Positions 9,975 through 19,072 of a DNA stretch of 64,000 nucleotides are shown here, piece after piece. Below the pieces are notes generated by a model that had not been told where the DNA came from, did no database searches, and saw only the letters and a list, made by a program, of their open reading frames with translations. Source of the DNA: a bacterium (lineage in GTDB: Bacteria > Bdellovibrionota_G > JALEGL01); contig JALEGL010000006.1 of assembly GCA_022763185.1 (NCBI GenBank), positions 95,793 to 159,792 of the forward strand, read 5' to 3'. Position numbers and translations under genes: made by a program. Numbering within the stretch: position 1 is the first letter of the stretch; every line of letters starts with the position of its first letter.

Positions 9975-10220
9975 TTAAGCTTTATAATGTGTTCCTGGTG
10001 GTAATTGTGAGGCAAACGGAACAACTGCATTGTTATCTATAATACAATCATCTGCAATTGTGCAGGCATCTTCAACGACAACCCCTTCGCCTATGGCAAC
10101 ATTTTTTCCAATGAAGACTTTATGACCAATACGACTATGGTCACCAATATTGGCTTGGATAATGGTACAGTGCGAACCTATGGTCACACTTTTGCCTAAA
10201 GTGACTTTTTTTTCCTGCAT
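9975..10220 (-). CDS. short hexapeptide-repeat (left-handed beta-helix) protein
   Basis: 81 aa built from [LIV]-G-x4 hexads (VTIGSHCTIIQANIGDHSRIGHKVFIGKNVAIGEGVVVEDACTIADDCII). Much shorter than normal LbH acyltransferases or gamma-carbonic anhydrases, so it may be a fragment. Confidence 0.4.
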   Translation of the reverse strand: MQEKKVTLGKSVTIGSHCTIIQANIGDHSRIGHKVFIGKNVAIGEGVVVEDACTIADDCIIDNNAVVPFASQLPPGTHYKA

Positions 10221-10308
10221 GGAAATTGTCTTAATGTATTTTTATACAATTGTAAAAGAGAGTTTGAGCAAATTTCACATTCATAGGGAATGTGATATAA
10301 ACTTTGGC

Positions 10309-10707
10309 TTGAGCATTATTGGAATAGGCATTGATATTGAAAATATTGAGCGGTTTAAGACTCATGTTGAACAAGGTCATCAAAGTTTTTTTGAGCGTTT
10401 GTTTTCAAATGCTGAGATTGAATATTGTATGACAAAAAAATGTCCTGAGCAGCATTTTGCAGCAAGATTTTGCGCCAAGGAAGCTTTTGTTAAAGCCAGT
10501 TTTGGTCAGGAGAAATTTAAAATTACGGATGTTCAAGTACTTAAAAAAGAGGGCAAACCTTATATTGAAATGTGGCAAAAAAAATCCAAAGGTAAAGCCT
10601 TGCATCAGTTTTTTCAATCCCACACAGTGTTGCTTTCATTAAGTCACACCCAAGCGTATGCTTGTGCCCAGGTTATAATACAAAAAAATAAACATGAACA
10701 AGGATAA
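10309..10707 (+). CDS. acpS: holo-[acyl-carrier-protein] synthase
   Basis: IIGIGIDIENIERF...ERLFSNAEIEYC...AARFCAKEAFVKA...LSLSHTQAYACAQVI is the AcpS pattern. I moved the start to in-frame TTG 10309, giving ~132 aa. The track's 185-aa version overlaps the divergent gene and adds a non-conserved extension. Confidence 0.75.
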   Translation: MSIIGIGIDIENIERFKTHVEQGHQSFFERLFSNAEIEYCMTKKCPEQHFAARFCAKEAFVKASFGQEKFKITDVQVLKKEGKPYIEMWQKKSKGKALHQFFQSHTVLLSLSHTQAYACAQVIIQKNKHEQG

Positions 10708-10710
10708 ACA

Positions 10711-11592
10711 ATGCCCAACAGTATGACAGGATTTGGTAAGGCCAGCATAAGAGTCAAAAATTATGAATACACATGCGAAATAAGATCTGTCAATAGTCGC
10801 TACCGAGATGTAAAATGTACATGTCCTAAAGATATGGTAGCGCTTGAACATAAAGTAGAAAAAATGATTCAGAACTATTTTTCAAGGGGAAAGTTTAGTG
10901 TTGTGTTGCAAAGAAACAGTTTATCAAGACAGAAAAAAATCAGTTTTGAAGAAAAAAGTATCATTGCGCATTGGAAAACCTTAGATGGGATAAGAAAAAA
11001 AATGGGTCTAAAAGAACCTTTAAACATGGAAGCTTTGATTCATATTGATCGAGGTATTTTTGTTAATAAAAAACCTCTAAAAAAAGATATTTATCAAATA
11101 GAAAAAAATTACTTAAAAGTCATGCAAAAAGGGCTAGATAACCTTAAAGAATCTCGTAAAAGAGAGGGTAAAGGTATAGAAAAAGTCATGCTTAAGCTGC
11201 AAAACAATGTAAACAAGTATGTTAAAAAAATTGAACAAGAGTTTAAGCGTTTTCAAAAAGGCTTAAGCAAAAAAATAAAAGTTAAACTGGCACAGTTACC
11301 TAAAGATTATGTCCAGGATAATAAAAAGTATGAAAGTGACCTGGTTTCACTTAAAGATAAAACCGATATCACAGAAGAATTGGATCGTTTGAGCATTCAT
11401 TTAAAACGGTTAAGAGTTTTGTTAACTACACAAGGTGTTGTTGGGCGTGAGATGGATTTTTTAATGCAAGAAATTAATCGTGAAATCAATACCATTGGCT
11501 CTAAATCATCAGAGGTGAAAATCAGCAATCAAGTGATCATGTTAAAAACCGATATGGAAAAATTAAGGGAGCAAGCGCAAAACCTTGAGTAA
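10711..11592 (+). CDS. yicC: YicC family stress-induced protein
   Basis: SMTGFGKA...EIRSVNSRYRD N-terminal motif, and a C-terminal ITEELDRLSIHLKRL...GREMDFLMQEINREINTIGSKS block. Conserved yicC-gmk-rpoZ order. Confidence 0.85.
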   Translation: MPNSMTGFGKASIRVKNYEYTCEIRSVNSRYRDVKCTCPKDMVALEHKVEKMIQNYFSRGKFSVVLQRNSLSRQKKISFEEKSIIAHWKTLDGIRKKMGLKEPLNMEALIHIDRGIFVNKKPLKKDIYQIEKNYLKVMQKGLDNLKESRKREGKGIEKVMLKLQNNVNKYVKKIEQEFKRFQKGLSKKIKVKLAQLPKDYVQDNKKYESDLVSLKDKTDITEELDRLSIHLKRLRVLLTTQGVVGREMDFLMQEINREINTIGSKSSEVKISNQVIMLKTDMEKLREQAQNLE

Positions 11593-12187
11593 GAATGAAA
11601 AAATAGCAGTAATCTCAGCAGCATCCGGTGCCGGAAAAACTACCGTGGTGAATCGTTTGTTGAAGCAAGATCAACGGTTTTCTAGAGTAATTACCCACAC
11701 AACCAGAGAAAAACGACCTGGTGAGAAAAACGCTGTAGATTATCACTTTGTTAGCAAGGATGAATTTGAGCAAATGATAGCTCAAGATGCTTTCGTTGAG
11801 TGGGCAAAAGTCTATGACAATTACTACGGGACTTCAAAGCAAGGGATAGCGGACATTATTGCCCAGGGAAAGCATGCCTTGCTGGTCATAGAGTGGCAAG
11901 GAGCCAAAAATATCAAAAAGCTTTATCCAAATGCCCAGTTTATTTTAATGTTGCCGCCCTCTATGGAAGAGTTAAAAAGCAGAATTTCTGGAAGAGGTGG
12001 GGATGTAAAGGATATTACTCAAAGAATTGAGTTGGCCACGCATGAAATTAAACAGATGTTATGGTACGATCAGGTTATCATCAATGATGATGTTGATCAG
12101 TGTGTAAAAGATTTGATCTTAGCTTTAAATGATGAGGGTGCTTTCTCAATGGATCAACAAAAAGAACGCATTCAAAGTTTTATATGA
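11585..12187 (+). CDS. gmk: guanylate kinase
   Basis: P-loop SAASGAGKTT, TTREKRPGEKNAVDYHFVSKDEF and FVEWAKVYDNYYGT motifs. TTG start overlaps the yicC stop. Confidence 0.9.
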   Translation: MSKNEKIAVISAASGAGKTTVVNRLLKQDQRFSRVITHTTREKRPGEKNAVDYHFVSKDEFEQMIAQDAFVEWAKVYDNYYGTSKQGIADIIAQGKHALLVIEWQGAKNIKKLYPNAQFILMLPPSMEELKSRISGRGGDVKDITQRIELATHEIKQMLWYDQVIINDDVDQCVKDLILALNDEGAFSMDQQKERIQSFI

Positions 12188-12272
12188 CTTTAGGTGTTTC
12201 GTATATCTTATACCAAGCATAAAAAGCATAAGGCTGTTGACAAAACTTTAAAAAAGTATAGAAAAGGCTGCT

Positions 12273-12488
12273 ATGGCAAGAATTTCAATTGAAGATTGTT
12301 TAGATAAATTACAAAATCGTTTTGCGTTGGTGCATTTAGCATCAGAGAGAGCCCGCCAATTGGCCAGAGGTTCAAACCGTTTGATTATCACTAAAAATAA
12401 AGATATAGTCACTTCTTTGCGTGAAATTGCCAGCGGTCGCATTAAGACCAAAAAAGAGCTCGACGAAACCGTCATTGAGAGCAAATAA
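12273..12488 (+). CDS. rpoZ: DNA-directed RNA polymerase subunit omega
   Basis: MARISIEDCLDKLQNRFALVHLASERARQL is the canonical RpoZ N-terminus; 71 aa. Confidence 0.9.
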   Translation: MARISIEDCLDKLQNRFALVHLASERARQLARGSNRLIITKNKDIVTSLREIASGRIKTKKELDETVIESK

Positions 12489-12650
12489 CTTTATTCTTTG
12501 TTGATTGGAAAAACTCAAAAAAACAGTTTCACGCTGTTTTATGTGTTGGGCAAAAGAAAAAAGCTGAGTTTTTCACCTTTTGCCAGAAGCTTTTCCCTCT
12601 AAAAAACAAATCGCTTGTGCAAAAACAAATAAATCCGTAAACTTATAAGC

Positions 12651-13760
12651 ATGGGTAAAAAGTTTGGCGCCTATGAGGTTGAGCGCAAAGTTGCCATTGG
12701 GGGCATGGCTGAGATTTATAAAGCCAAAGATGTTTCAGGCCAAGCTGTGGCCATTAAAAAAATTCACCCAAGTCTAGCCAGCCAAGAAAAATTTGTACAA
12801 ATGTTTTTGGACGAAGTCCGTATTGTTATTCAATTGGATCATCCTAATATTGTGCAGTTGATGGATTTTGGTTTGGTAGAGGGAGCTTATTATTTTTCCA
12901 TGGAATGGATGGATGGCAAAGCTCTATCGGCGGTGACCAATGAACAAAAAAGAGTTAATAAGCTGATGCCCATTGATGTGGCCCTGATCATGATGATGGA
13001 TATTTGCGATGGTTTATTTTATGCCCACTCCAAAGAAGACCGATACAAGCGCCCCTTAAATATTATTCATAGAGATATGAGCCCGCCCAATATCTTGGTC
13101 AATTTAGGCGGAGTGTTCAAAATCACAGACTTTGGTATTGCGCAAGTTCGGGACAAAAATTTATTGACTCAACCTGGGATTATTAGAGGCAAGTTCAGCT
13201 ACATGTCCCCTGAGCAATCTTTGGGTAAGCCTTTGGATCATCGTTCAGATCAATTCAGTATTAATATTATATTTTATGAACTGTTGACCAACCACGCCCT
13301 ATTTCTGCGCAACAGTGAAATAGAAACCCTGCAAGCAGTTAGAAAATGCGATATTCCACCCTTAAAACAGTTTAGAAACAATGTTCCTGCCCAGTTAGAG
13401 GCTATCATTCGCAGAGGTTTAAGTCTGGATAGAAACAAACGTTTTACCAATGCCTATGAAATGAAACAGGCCATTGCCAAAGTATACGAAGAAAACTTCC
13501 CCAACAGCAGTCGAGAAAATGTGGTGAATTACTTTAATCAACTGTTTCCAGATATGCATTATACCTTGTCCATGCACTCAATAGAGGAAGATTCGCATTA
13601 TTTACGTAAAGCACGAATTGCTCAAGCTAAAGTGGCCAAGCAGAAGTCTTTTAAATTTAATCCTCAACCCTTCACACATCCCTTGAGCATGACCTTGCTT
13701 ATGAGTATAGGGACTGTTTTGTTGCTGGAGTTGAGTTTGTTTTTATTAAGTCAGCTGTAA
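12651..13760 (+). CDS. Ser/Thr protein kinase with a C-terminal membrane anchor
   Basis: Hanks motifs: VAIKKI, HRDMSPPNIL, ITDFGIA, YMSPEQ. C-terminal hydrophobic segment LSMTLLMSIGTVLLLELSLFLL. Confidence 0.85.
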   Translation: MGKKFGAYEVERKVAIGGMAEIYKAKDVSGQAVAIKKIHPSLASQEKFVQMFLDEVRIVIQLDHPNIVQLMDFGLVEGAYYFSMEWMDGKALSAVTNEQKRVNKLMPIDVALIMMMDICDGLFYAHSKEDRYKRPLNIIHRDMSPPNILVNLGGVFKITDFGIAQVRDKNLLTQPGIIRGKFSYMSPEQSLGKPLDHRSDQFSINIIFYELLTNHALFLRNSEIETLQAVRKCDIPPLKQFRNNVPAQLEAIIRRGLSLDRNKRFTNAYEMKQAIAKVYEENFPNSSRENVVNYFNQLFPDMHYTLSMHSIEEDSHYLRKARIAQAKVAKQKSFKFNPQPFTHPLSMTLLMSIGTVLLLELSLFLLSQL

Positions 13761-13869
13761 CTTTGCCTTGATTGCAAAGTGTTTTAGTTAGCCAACGGTT
13801 GACAGTAAAAGTTGATCCATGCTAGATCTTTTGATCAATGCGCAACTGGGGAAATAAACATAACAAAAA

Positions 13870-14219
13870 ATGTTCATTGTTTGTATGTGCAGTTTTTTTA
13901 TTCACCTTAATTTTCTGCGTTTTTTCATAGGCATGATCATCATCACGAAACCGAGCACATCTGCTATAGCAATACTAAGCAGAGTAAGCAGTATATTAAA
14001 GACTTTTCAGAGCAAGATTCTTTTATAAGTGATCATGACTGTTATTTATGCGTACTTTTATCCAACCATCATGCTTATGAATTTTTAAGTCAGCCTTTAC
14101 GAGTCAATTTTTTAAAAGACATTCATAATGCGCTTAGACAACAAAATACAAGTTACATTCATCTCTCCTGTCTTTTTAAAGCACCTAAAAACTCCCCACC
14201 CTTATTTCTCATGGGGTAA
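13870..14219 (+). pseudogene. frame-interrupted paralog of the 17367-17681 gene (small exported His-rich, C-x-L-C peptide, DUF2946-like)
   Basis: Frame 1 from ATG 13870 reads MFIVCMCSFFIHLNFLRFF. In the -1 frame from 13926 it continues HRHDHHHETEH...SDHDCYLCVLLS...KAPKNSPPLFLMG* (stop 14217-14219). The two parts join at the T6 run 13920-13925. Joined, the product parallels the paralog's ...LPFFHRHEHIH...RHECGLCTFLLS...SRAPPQYF. Neither part reaches 60 aa with a start codon, so the region is blank in the ORF track. Confidence 0.5.
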
Positions 14220-14425
14220 AGCATCGTGTTCTATATGCTGCAGTGCTAAGTAAAATGCTTAAGTCTTTCCCCCTCAACTTAACTTAAATATTTTTTAAAG
14301 CTCCTGTGCCATAGGGCATTGGTGCTAATCATTGGATGAGTTGTTGTTATAGCAACAGCTGTAAATGTTTATGCTTAATCTTAAGAAGAGAAAACTGAAG
14401 AATAAGTTTTAGTTTGGAGAAATAA

Positions 14426-14899
14426 ATGAAAAAAATAACAGTATGTTTACTGATTGTATTATCAATACAAAGTATTGGCTTTGCTCAAAGTTCACGTTTG
14501 GAAAATATTGAAGCCATTAAACAAACGGTTTTTGATATGTATTCGAGTGAATTTGATGCAACAAATTATGATCAATTGCAAAAATGGATCGTTTACGGGC
14601 TTGGTGAAAGGTCAACACCCATGCATAGTGAGCATCGCCCTGCAATGGTCTATATTGTTAACGGCAGTACAATCGTGAAGCATTATTATGTTTTATATAT
14701 CGATGGTTTAGGCTACTCAAGCCAATACTGTGATTGCTGTCATATTGAAATGCAGACATCTGGTGGAGGGCTAATTGCGCATTGTCAGGCCGTGTGTACA
14801 ACACCGCCTTATACTGAAGTAGGGCAATTAACAAAGCTTTTACCCTTCATTAATAGGAATGATAGCTTAGAACTTGTTCGTTATCCATCCAGACCATAG
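14426..14899 (+). CDS. secreted Cys-rich protein of unknown function
   Basis: Signal peptide MKKITVCLLIVLSIQSIGFA|QSS, a GGAG RBS upstream, and a Cys cluster YCDCCHIEMQTSGGGLIAHCQAVC. I recognise no family. Confidence 0.55.
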   Translation: MKKITVCLLIVLSIQSIGFAQSSRLENIEAIKQTVFDMYSSEFDATNYDQLQKWIVYGLGERSTPMHSEHRPAMVYIVNGSTIVKHYYVLYIDGLGYSSQYCDCCHIEMQTSGGGLIAHCQAVCTTPPYTEVGQLTKLLPFINRNDSLELVRYPSRP

Positions 14900-14918
14900 A
14901 TTGACTGAGGGAAGAGCA

Positions 14919-15515
14919 ATGTTAGCATTAAAAAGATTTTTTATAGTGGGCGTTAGTTTATCGCTGGTTCATTGCTCTTCCAATCAAAAGAGTTTGGAAG
15001 CAGTTTTTGAAGAAAAAAACTATGCCCAAAAAATCAGTCATTTAGAGTCAAAAATAGTTCAACTCAATGAGCAAATTGAGTATTCACGGCATGAAGTTGA
15101 TCATGAAGAGCATGGTGAAGAAAGAGAAGAGCACAGTCATGAACACGGCCATGAAGAAAGTGATGCTTCTCTTACGGAAATAGAAATTTTGAAACTTTTA
15201 CAAAAACTAAACAATAAGGTTATGGTTTTAGAACAAAAACTGGCTCAAGGTGAAAATCAAGTCAGTGATGAAGTGATCAAACGGCAGGTTTTAGAAGTGG
15301 CGCAAAAAACTTTAGCGGATCATCCAGAGGTAGGACAAAGCTATATTACCAATCCCGATAATATCGTTATCGAAAAAAATAGTGATCAAGCCTGGCAAGT
15401 GAAAATACGTTTTAAAATCAATGCACAAGATTCAGATATTTATAATGCTCAAATGCTTTGTTTTAATGAAAATAATAATGTGACATGTCGAGATCTGGAA
15501 ATTGAAGCGGAATAG
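14919..15515 (+). CDS. exported (lipoprotein-like) His/Glu-rich protein, C-x8-C family member 1
   Basis: Start moved to ATG 14919, preceded by GAGGGAAGAG. Signal MLALKRFFIVGVSLSLVHC, then SLEA, the tract HEVDHEEHGEEREEHSHEHGHEESD, and a C-terminal MLCFNENNNVTC (C-x8-C). Full-length paralog of 19395-19925. Confidence 0.6.
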   Translation: MLALKRFFIVGVSLSLVHCSSNQKSLEAVFEEKNYAQKISHLESKIVQLNEQIEYSRHEVDHEEHGEEREEHSHEHGHEESDASLTEIEILKLLQKLNNKVMVLEQKLAQGENQVSDEVIKRQVLEVAQKTLADHPEVGQSYITNPDNIVIEKNSDQAWQVKIRFKINAQDSDIYNAQMLCFNENNNVTCRDLEIEAE

Positions 15516-15578
15516 AGTTGTTGTTTTTTGTAGTATGAATTCTCAACTTTTTTAAAAGAACATGATAGGTCACTAGCC

Positions 15579-16514
15579 ATGCAAAGAAAAATAAGTATCG
15601 ATAGTGTATTGACTGGGGTTGTGTTCTGCCTGCTTTGCGGCGCCTATTTTAATACAGTGCAAGCAAAAGCACTGAATATTATTACAAGCACCAGTACCCT
15701 AGAAGCTATTGTAAAACAAATAACAAGCAAAGACCAAGTGACCGCATTGGTTAAAGGTTCACAAGATGCGCATTATATTCAGGCAAAGCCATCCTACATT
15801 GCAAAATTAAGAAAAGCGGATCTTTTGATTTCCATAGGCTTGGGTTTGGAAGATACATGGTTGAACAAGATTATTTTAAGTTCGCGCAATGTAGATTTGC
15901 AGTCCGGTAAAAAAGGCCGTTTGGTGGCGGGTCAGGTGGTAACTCCTATTGAGGTTCCGCAAGGAACAGTGACTCGAGCCATGGGCGATGTTCACCCAGA
16001 AGGTAATCCGCATATTCTTCTTGATCCGATTCGTGTCCTTGATGTTGTAAAAGCTATTGAGAAAAAACTCAGTCAGCTTAACCCAGAAAACAGCACAGCG
16101 TATCAAAAAAATGTGCTGCGCTTTGAACAAAATCTAGATTCAAAGATGAAGCAATGGAAGACACAATTATCATCCCTAAAGAACAAATCTGTGGTCACTT
16201 ATCATACAACCCTGAACTATTTTTTACAGCGCTTTGGTCTTGAGCATGCAGCCTCTATTGAACCCAAGCCCGGCATTCCGCCAACGGCAAAGCATATTCA
16301 AAGCTTAATGACTCAAATACAACAAAAAAAATTATCTTGCATATTAATGGAAAGCTTTTTTGATCCAACACCGGCCAAGACCATTGCTCAAAAAACCAAA
16401 ATACGGGTGGTGAATGTTGCACCTGAATATGGTGGTTTAAAAAAACAAAGCAGCTACTTTAGCTGGATGGATGATGTGGTAGGCGCAGCCTTAAACTGTT
16501 TACAAGCTCAATGA
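15579..16514 (+). CDS. metal (Zn/Mn/Fe-type) ABC transporter periplasmic substrate-binding protein, ZnuA/TroA family
   Basis: Signal peptide, then motifs typical of cluster-9 metal SBPs: QDAHYIQAKPS, GDVHPEGNPHILLDP, VVTYHTTLNYFLQRFGL, EPKPGIPPTAKHIQSL. It has no His-rich loop, so metal specificity is open. Confidence 0.8.
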   Translation: MQRKISIDSVLTGVVFCLLCGAYFNTVQAKALNIITSTSTLEAIVKQITSKDQVTALVKGSQDAHYIQAKPSYIAKLRKADLLISIGLGLEDTWLNKIILSSRNVDLQSGKKGRLVAGQVVTPIEVPQGTVTRAMGDVHPEGNPHILLDPIRVLDVVKAIEKKLSQLNPENSTAYQKNVLRFEQNLDSKMKQWKTQLSSLKNKSVVTYHTTLNYFLQRFGLEHAASIEPKPGIPPTAKHIQSLMTQIQQKKLSCILMESFFDPTPAKTIAQKTKIRVVNVAPEYGGLKKQSSYFSWMDDVVGAALNCLQAQ

Positions 16515-17314
16515 TGGAAGCGATTCATTTTTTAGCAGCGCCATTGCTGATGTGTTTAATTCTGGTGGGTATCCATTGTTATTTAGGGATACATGTTCTT
16601 GCGCGTGGTGTGATATTTGTGGACCTGGCTTTGGCGCAAGTTGCAGCATTAGGGGCTACCGTGCCTTTTTTCTTTTTTCATGAACCATCAGGGGTCGTTC
16701 AATATTTTTTTTCACTTGGCTTTACCTTGACGGCAGCAGCTTTTTTAACCCTATCCAATCGGTTTAAACAAACATTATCACAGGAAGCGGTGATAGGTGT
16801 TTTGTTTGCGTTTTGTTCTGCCAGCTTAATTGTTTTGGCCGATCAAATGCCACACGGTTCAGAGCATGTCAAACACAGCATGATTGGCCAATTGTTGTGG
16901 ACGACCTGGCCAGATGTTCTCAAAGTGTTGATTATTTATTCTGGGGTATCCATTGTTTATTTTATTTTTCGGCAGCCGTTGATGGCCAATAGTTTGGGTA
17001 CAGCATCGCGTTGGAGTATGGATTTGCTTTTTTATGGATTGTTTGCGGTGGTTATTACAAGCTCAGTGCAAGTGGCGGGGATACTTATTGTTTTTTCATT
17101 TTTAATTGTTCCAGCCTTGCTCAGTGCAGTATTTTTTAAAGATGCAGCCAAGCGTTTATGGTTTGGTTGGGGCATAGGAACAATACTGAGTGTTTTTGGC
17201 ATGTTTGGCTCATATTATTGGAACTTGCCCTCAGGGGCATTTATTGTAGGAGTCTTTACCTGTGTTCCCTTACTGTTGATTTTAATCAAAGCTATTTTTC
17301 TCCATAAGACTTGA
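16511..17314 (+). CDS. metal ABC transporter permease (ABC-3/ZnuB family)
   Basis: 267 aa with about 8 TM segments. Start overlaps the SBP stop (ATGA). Size and hydrophobic pattern match ZnuB/MntB/TroC-type permeases. Confidence 0.8.
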   Translation: MMEAIHFLAAPLLMCLILVGIHCYLGIHVLARGVIFVDLALAQVAALGATVPFFFFHEPSGVVQYFFSLGFTLTAAAFLTLSNRFKQTLSQEAVIGVLFAFCSASLIVLADQMPHGSEHVKHSMIGQLLWTTWPDVLKVLIIYSGVSIVYFIFRQPLMANSLGTASRWSMDLLFYGLFAVVITSSVQVAGILIVFSFLIVPALLSAVFFKDAAKRLWFGWGIGTILSVFGMFGSYYWNLPSGAFIVGVFTCVPLLLILIKAIFLHKT

Positions 17315-17366
17315 TGCCCAAAAGAGTGGCTTGAACAAACTTTAATAGTATGTTATGTGATGCGTC

Positions 17367-17681
17367 ATGTTGAAAAGGTTTATACATTACCTTTTGCTTG
17401 CTGCCTTTATGCTGCCGTTTTTTCATCGGCATGAGCATATACATGCTTGTCATGAGACCTATGAAACGTATGATAATGCTATCCATACAGCCAATCATGA
17501 TGACAGGCATGAGTGTGGTTTATGCACTTTTTTATTATCTTCTAAAAGACCATTTCAGCAGACCGTCCATTTTTCGCCTGAATTAGAGTTTTTTAAACTG
17601 AGCCTTGTTTCTCCATCTTCAAGGATAAAAAACATCCTTTACGGTATAGAGGACAGTCGAGCTCCCCCGCAATACTTTTGA
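17367..17681 (+). CDS. small exported His-rich C-x-L-C peptide (DUF2946-like)
   Basis: 104 aa: N-terminal hydrophobic segment, FFHRHEHIHACHE, RHECGLCTFLLS, C-terminal SRAPPQYF. From memory this resembles DUF2946-type proteins found beside metal uptake genes. Intact paralog of 13870-14219. Confidence 0.5.
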   Translation: MLKRFIHYLLLAAFMLPFFHRHEHIHACHETYETYDNAIHTANHDDRHECGLCTFLLSSKRPFQQTVHFSPELEFFKLSLVSPSSRIKNILYGIEDSRAPPQYF

Positions 17682-17817
17682 TTGGTTTTTTTAAGTAGAG
17701 CCAAATCAACCATCTACTTATTCTTCATTATTTTTTAAGGCATTAAGTGAAAGTATATAACTTTTATTTGTGTCTTTTAACCAAGAGTCTTGATGCAAAG
17801 ATCAAGCAAAGGTTTTT

Positions 17818-19056
17818 ATGAAACATGTTTTATTAAGGTGCGTGATTGCAATGTTGGGACTCTATGGTTTTAACAGCAGCGGGCAGACAAACATACAAAA
17901 CGCAGAAACAAAGTACATTGATTTATCTATCAACGCGTTATTATCCGTGGGTGGTTCAACGCTGGATGATGAGGCTTTAAGTTTTTTGCAAGCCGGCGGG
18001 CATGATCCTAATCGTAATGGGTTTAATTTACAATCGGTAGAGTTTTCTTTAACCGGTGCCGTAGATCATTATTTTACGGCAGAAACACACCTATTGTTTG
18101 GATTGAGTAGAGAAGGAGAGAGTTTTTTAGAATTAGAAGAAGCTTTTTTTAAAACCTTATCCATGCCTGGTGGTTTGGAGTTAAAAGGCGGTCAGTTCTT
18201 AACACAAATTGGACGCAGCAACCCTTATCACGTCCATGCCTGGAACTGGCAAGATCAACCCATTATTAATTCCAGAGTTCTGGGTGCAGATGGAATGCGC
18301 GGTTTGGGTGCACAGTTGGCCTGGCTGCTCCCAACATCATGGTATTCCCAAGTGTATTTATCTGCACAAAATGCAACGGGTGCAACCATGATCAGCTTTG
18401 CTGGAGCACAAGAGTCTGCGCTTGGGAGTCAAAATCTGGTGGACAGAGATGTTAACGGTCTAACGGAGTTGGTTTTTGCTTTGCGATGGGCCAACGGCTG
18501 GGATTTTTCTGATAGCGTGGCATCACGACTCGGTTTTTCATTGTTAACGGGACCCAACAGTGCCGGAGAAAATACCTTTACTCAAGTTTATGGGGTGGAC
18601 TATGTTTTAAAGTGGGTTCCATTAAATGCCCAAAGAGGCTGGCCATTTTTGACTTGGGAAAGCGAATTTTTATTAAGAAACTATCATGTTGACCCGGGTT
18701 TGAGTCAAAGTGATTTGGGTTTGCTTGATAGTAATATTCTTAACTTTGGGGGTACTTTAAGCGATTGGGGTTATTATTCTCAAGTGTTGTATGGCTTTCG
18801 TCCACGTTGGGCTGGAGGGATTCGATTTGAATATGCAAGTGGCAGTGAATCCTCTGTAGGGTTTAGAGATTTTGATCCATTTAGAGATGATCGTATTCGT
18901 GTTTCTCCCATGCTGGCCTTTTATCCCAGTGAATTTTCTAGAGTAAGATTACAGTACAATTATGACCAGGCCACGCACTTAGAAGAAATGCACGCGCATA
19001 GTCTGTGGTTGGGGTTAGAGTTTTTGTTTGGGGCACATCCAGCCCATGATTTTTAA
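17818..19056 (+). CDS. outer-membrane beta-barrel (porin-sized) protein of unknown family
   Basis: Signal peptide MKHVLLRCVIAMLGLYGF. Alternating amphipathic strands with aromatic girdle residues (YSQVYLSAQ, WESEFLLRNY, RVRLQYNYD, SLWLGLEFLFG) and a C-terminal ...HPAHDF ending in Phe. At 412 aa it is too small, and lacks a plug, for a TonB-dependent receptor. Confidence 0.6.
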   Translation: MKHVLLRCVIAMLGLYGFNSSGQTNIQNAETKYIDLSINALLSVGGSTLDDEALSFLQAGGHDPNRNGFNLQSVEFSLTGAVDHYFTAETHLLFGLSREGESFLELEEAFFKTLSMPGGLELKGGQFLTQIGRSNPYHVHAWNWQDQPIINSRVLGADGMRGLGAQLAWLLPTSWYSQVYLSAQNATGATMISFAGAQESALGSQNLVDRDVNGLTELVFALRWANGWDFSDSVASRLGFSLLTGPNSAGENTFTQVYGVDYVLKWVPLNAQRGWPFLTWESEFLLRNYHVDPGLSQSDLGLLDSNILNFGGTLSDWGYYSQVLYGFRPRWAGGIRFEYASGSESSVGFRDFDPFRDDRIRVSPMLAFYPSEFSRVRLQYNYDQATHLEEMHAHSLWLGLEFLFGAHPAHDF

Positions 19057-19072
19057 AGAAGGGGAGTCAGTC

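Noticed and set aside
10150-10308. The upstream extension of acpS (the track's 185-aa version).
   Set aside because: The extension overlaps the 5' end of the divergent hexapeptide gene and adds about 53 non-conserved residues before the IGIDIE motif that normally sits at the extreme N-terminus of AcpS.
14300-14345. A near-palindrome GTTGTTATAGCAAC and a TAATCATT segment upstream of 14426, considered as Zur/Fur-type boxes.
   Set aside because: They are only half-site-level resemblance to the operators I remember (GTTATA...TATAAC; GATAATGATAATCATTATC). No equivalent copy lies upstream of the SBP or the 17367 gene. That is too weak to call without a genome-wide motif search.
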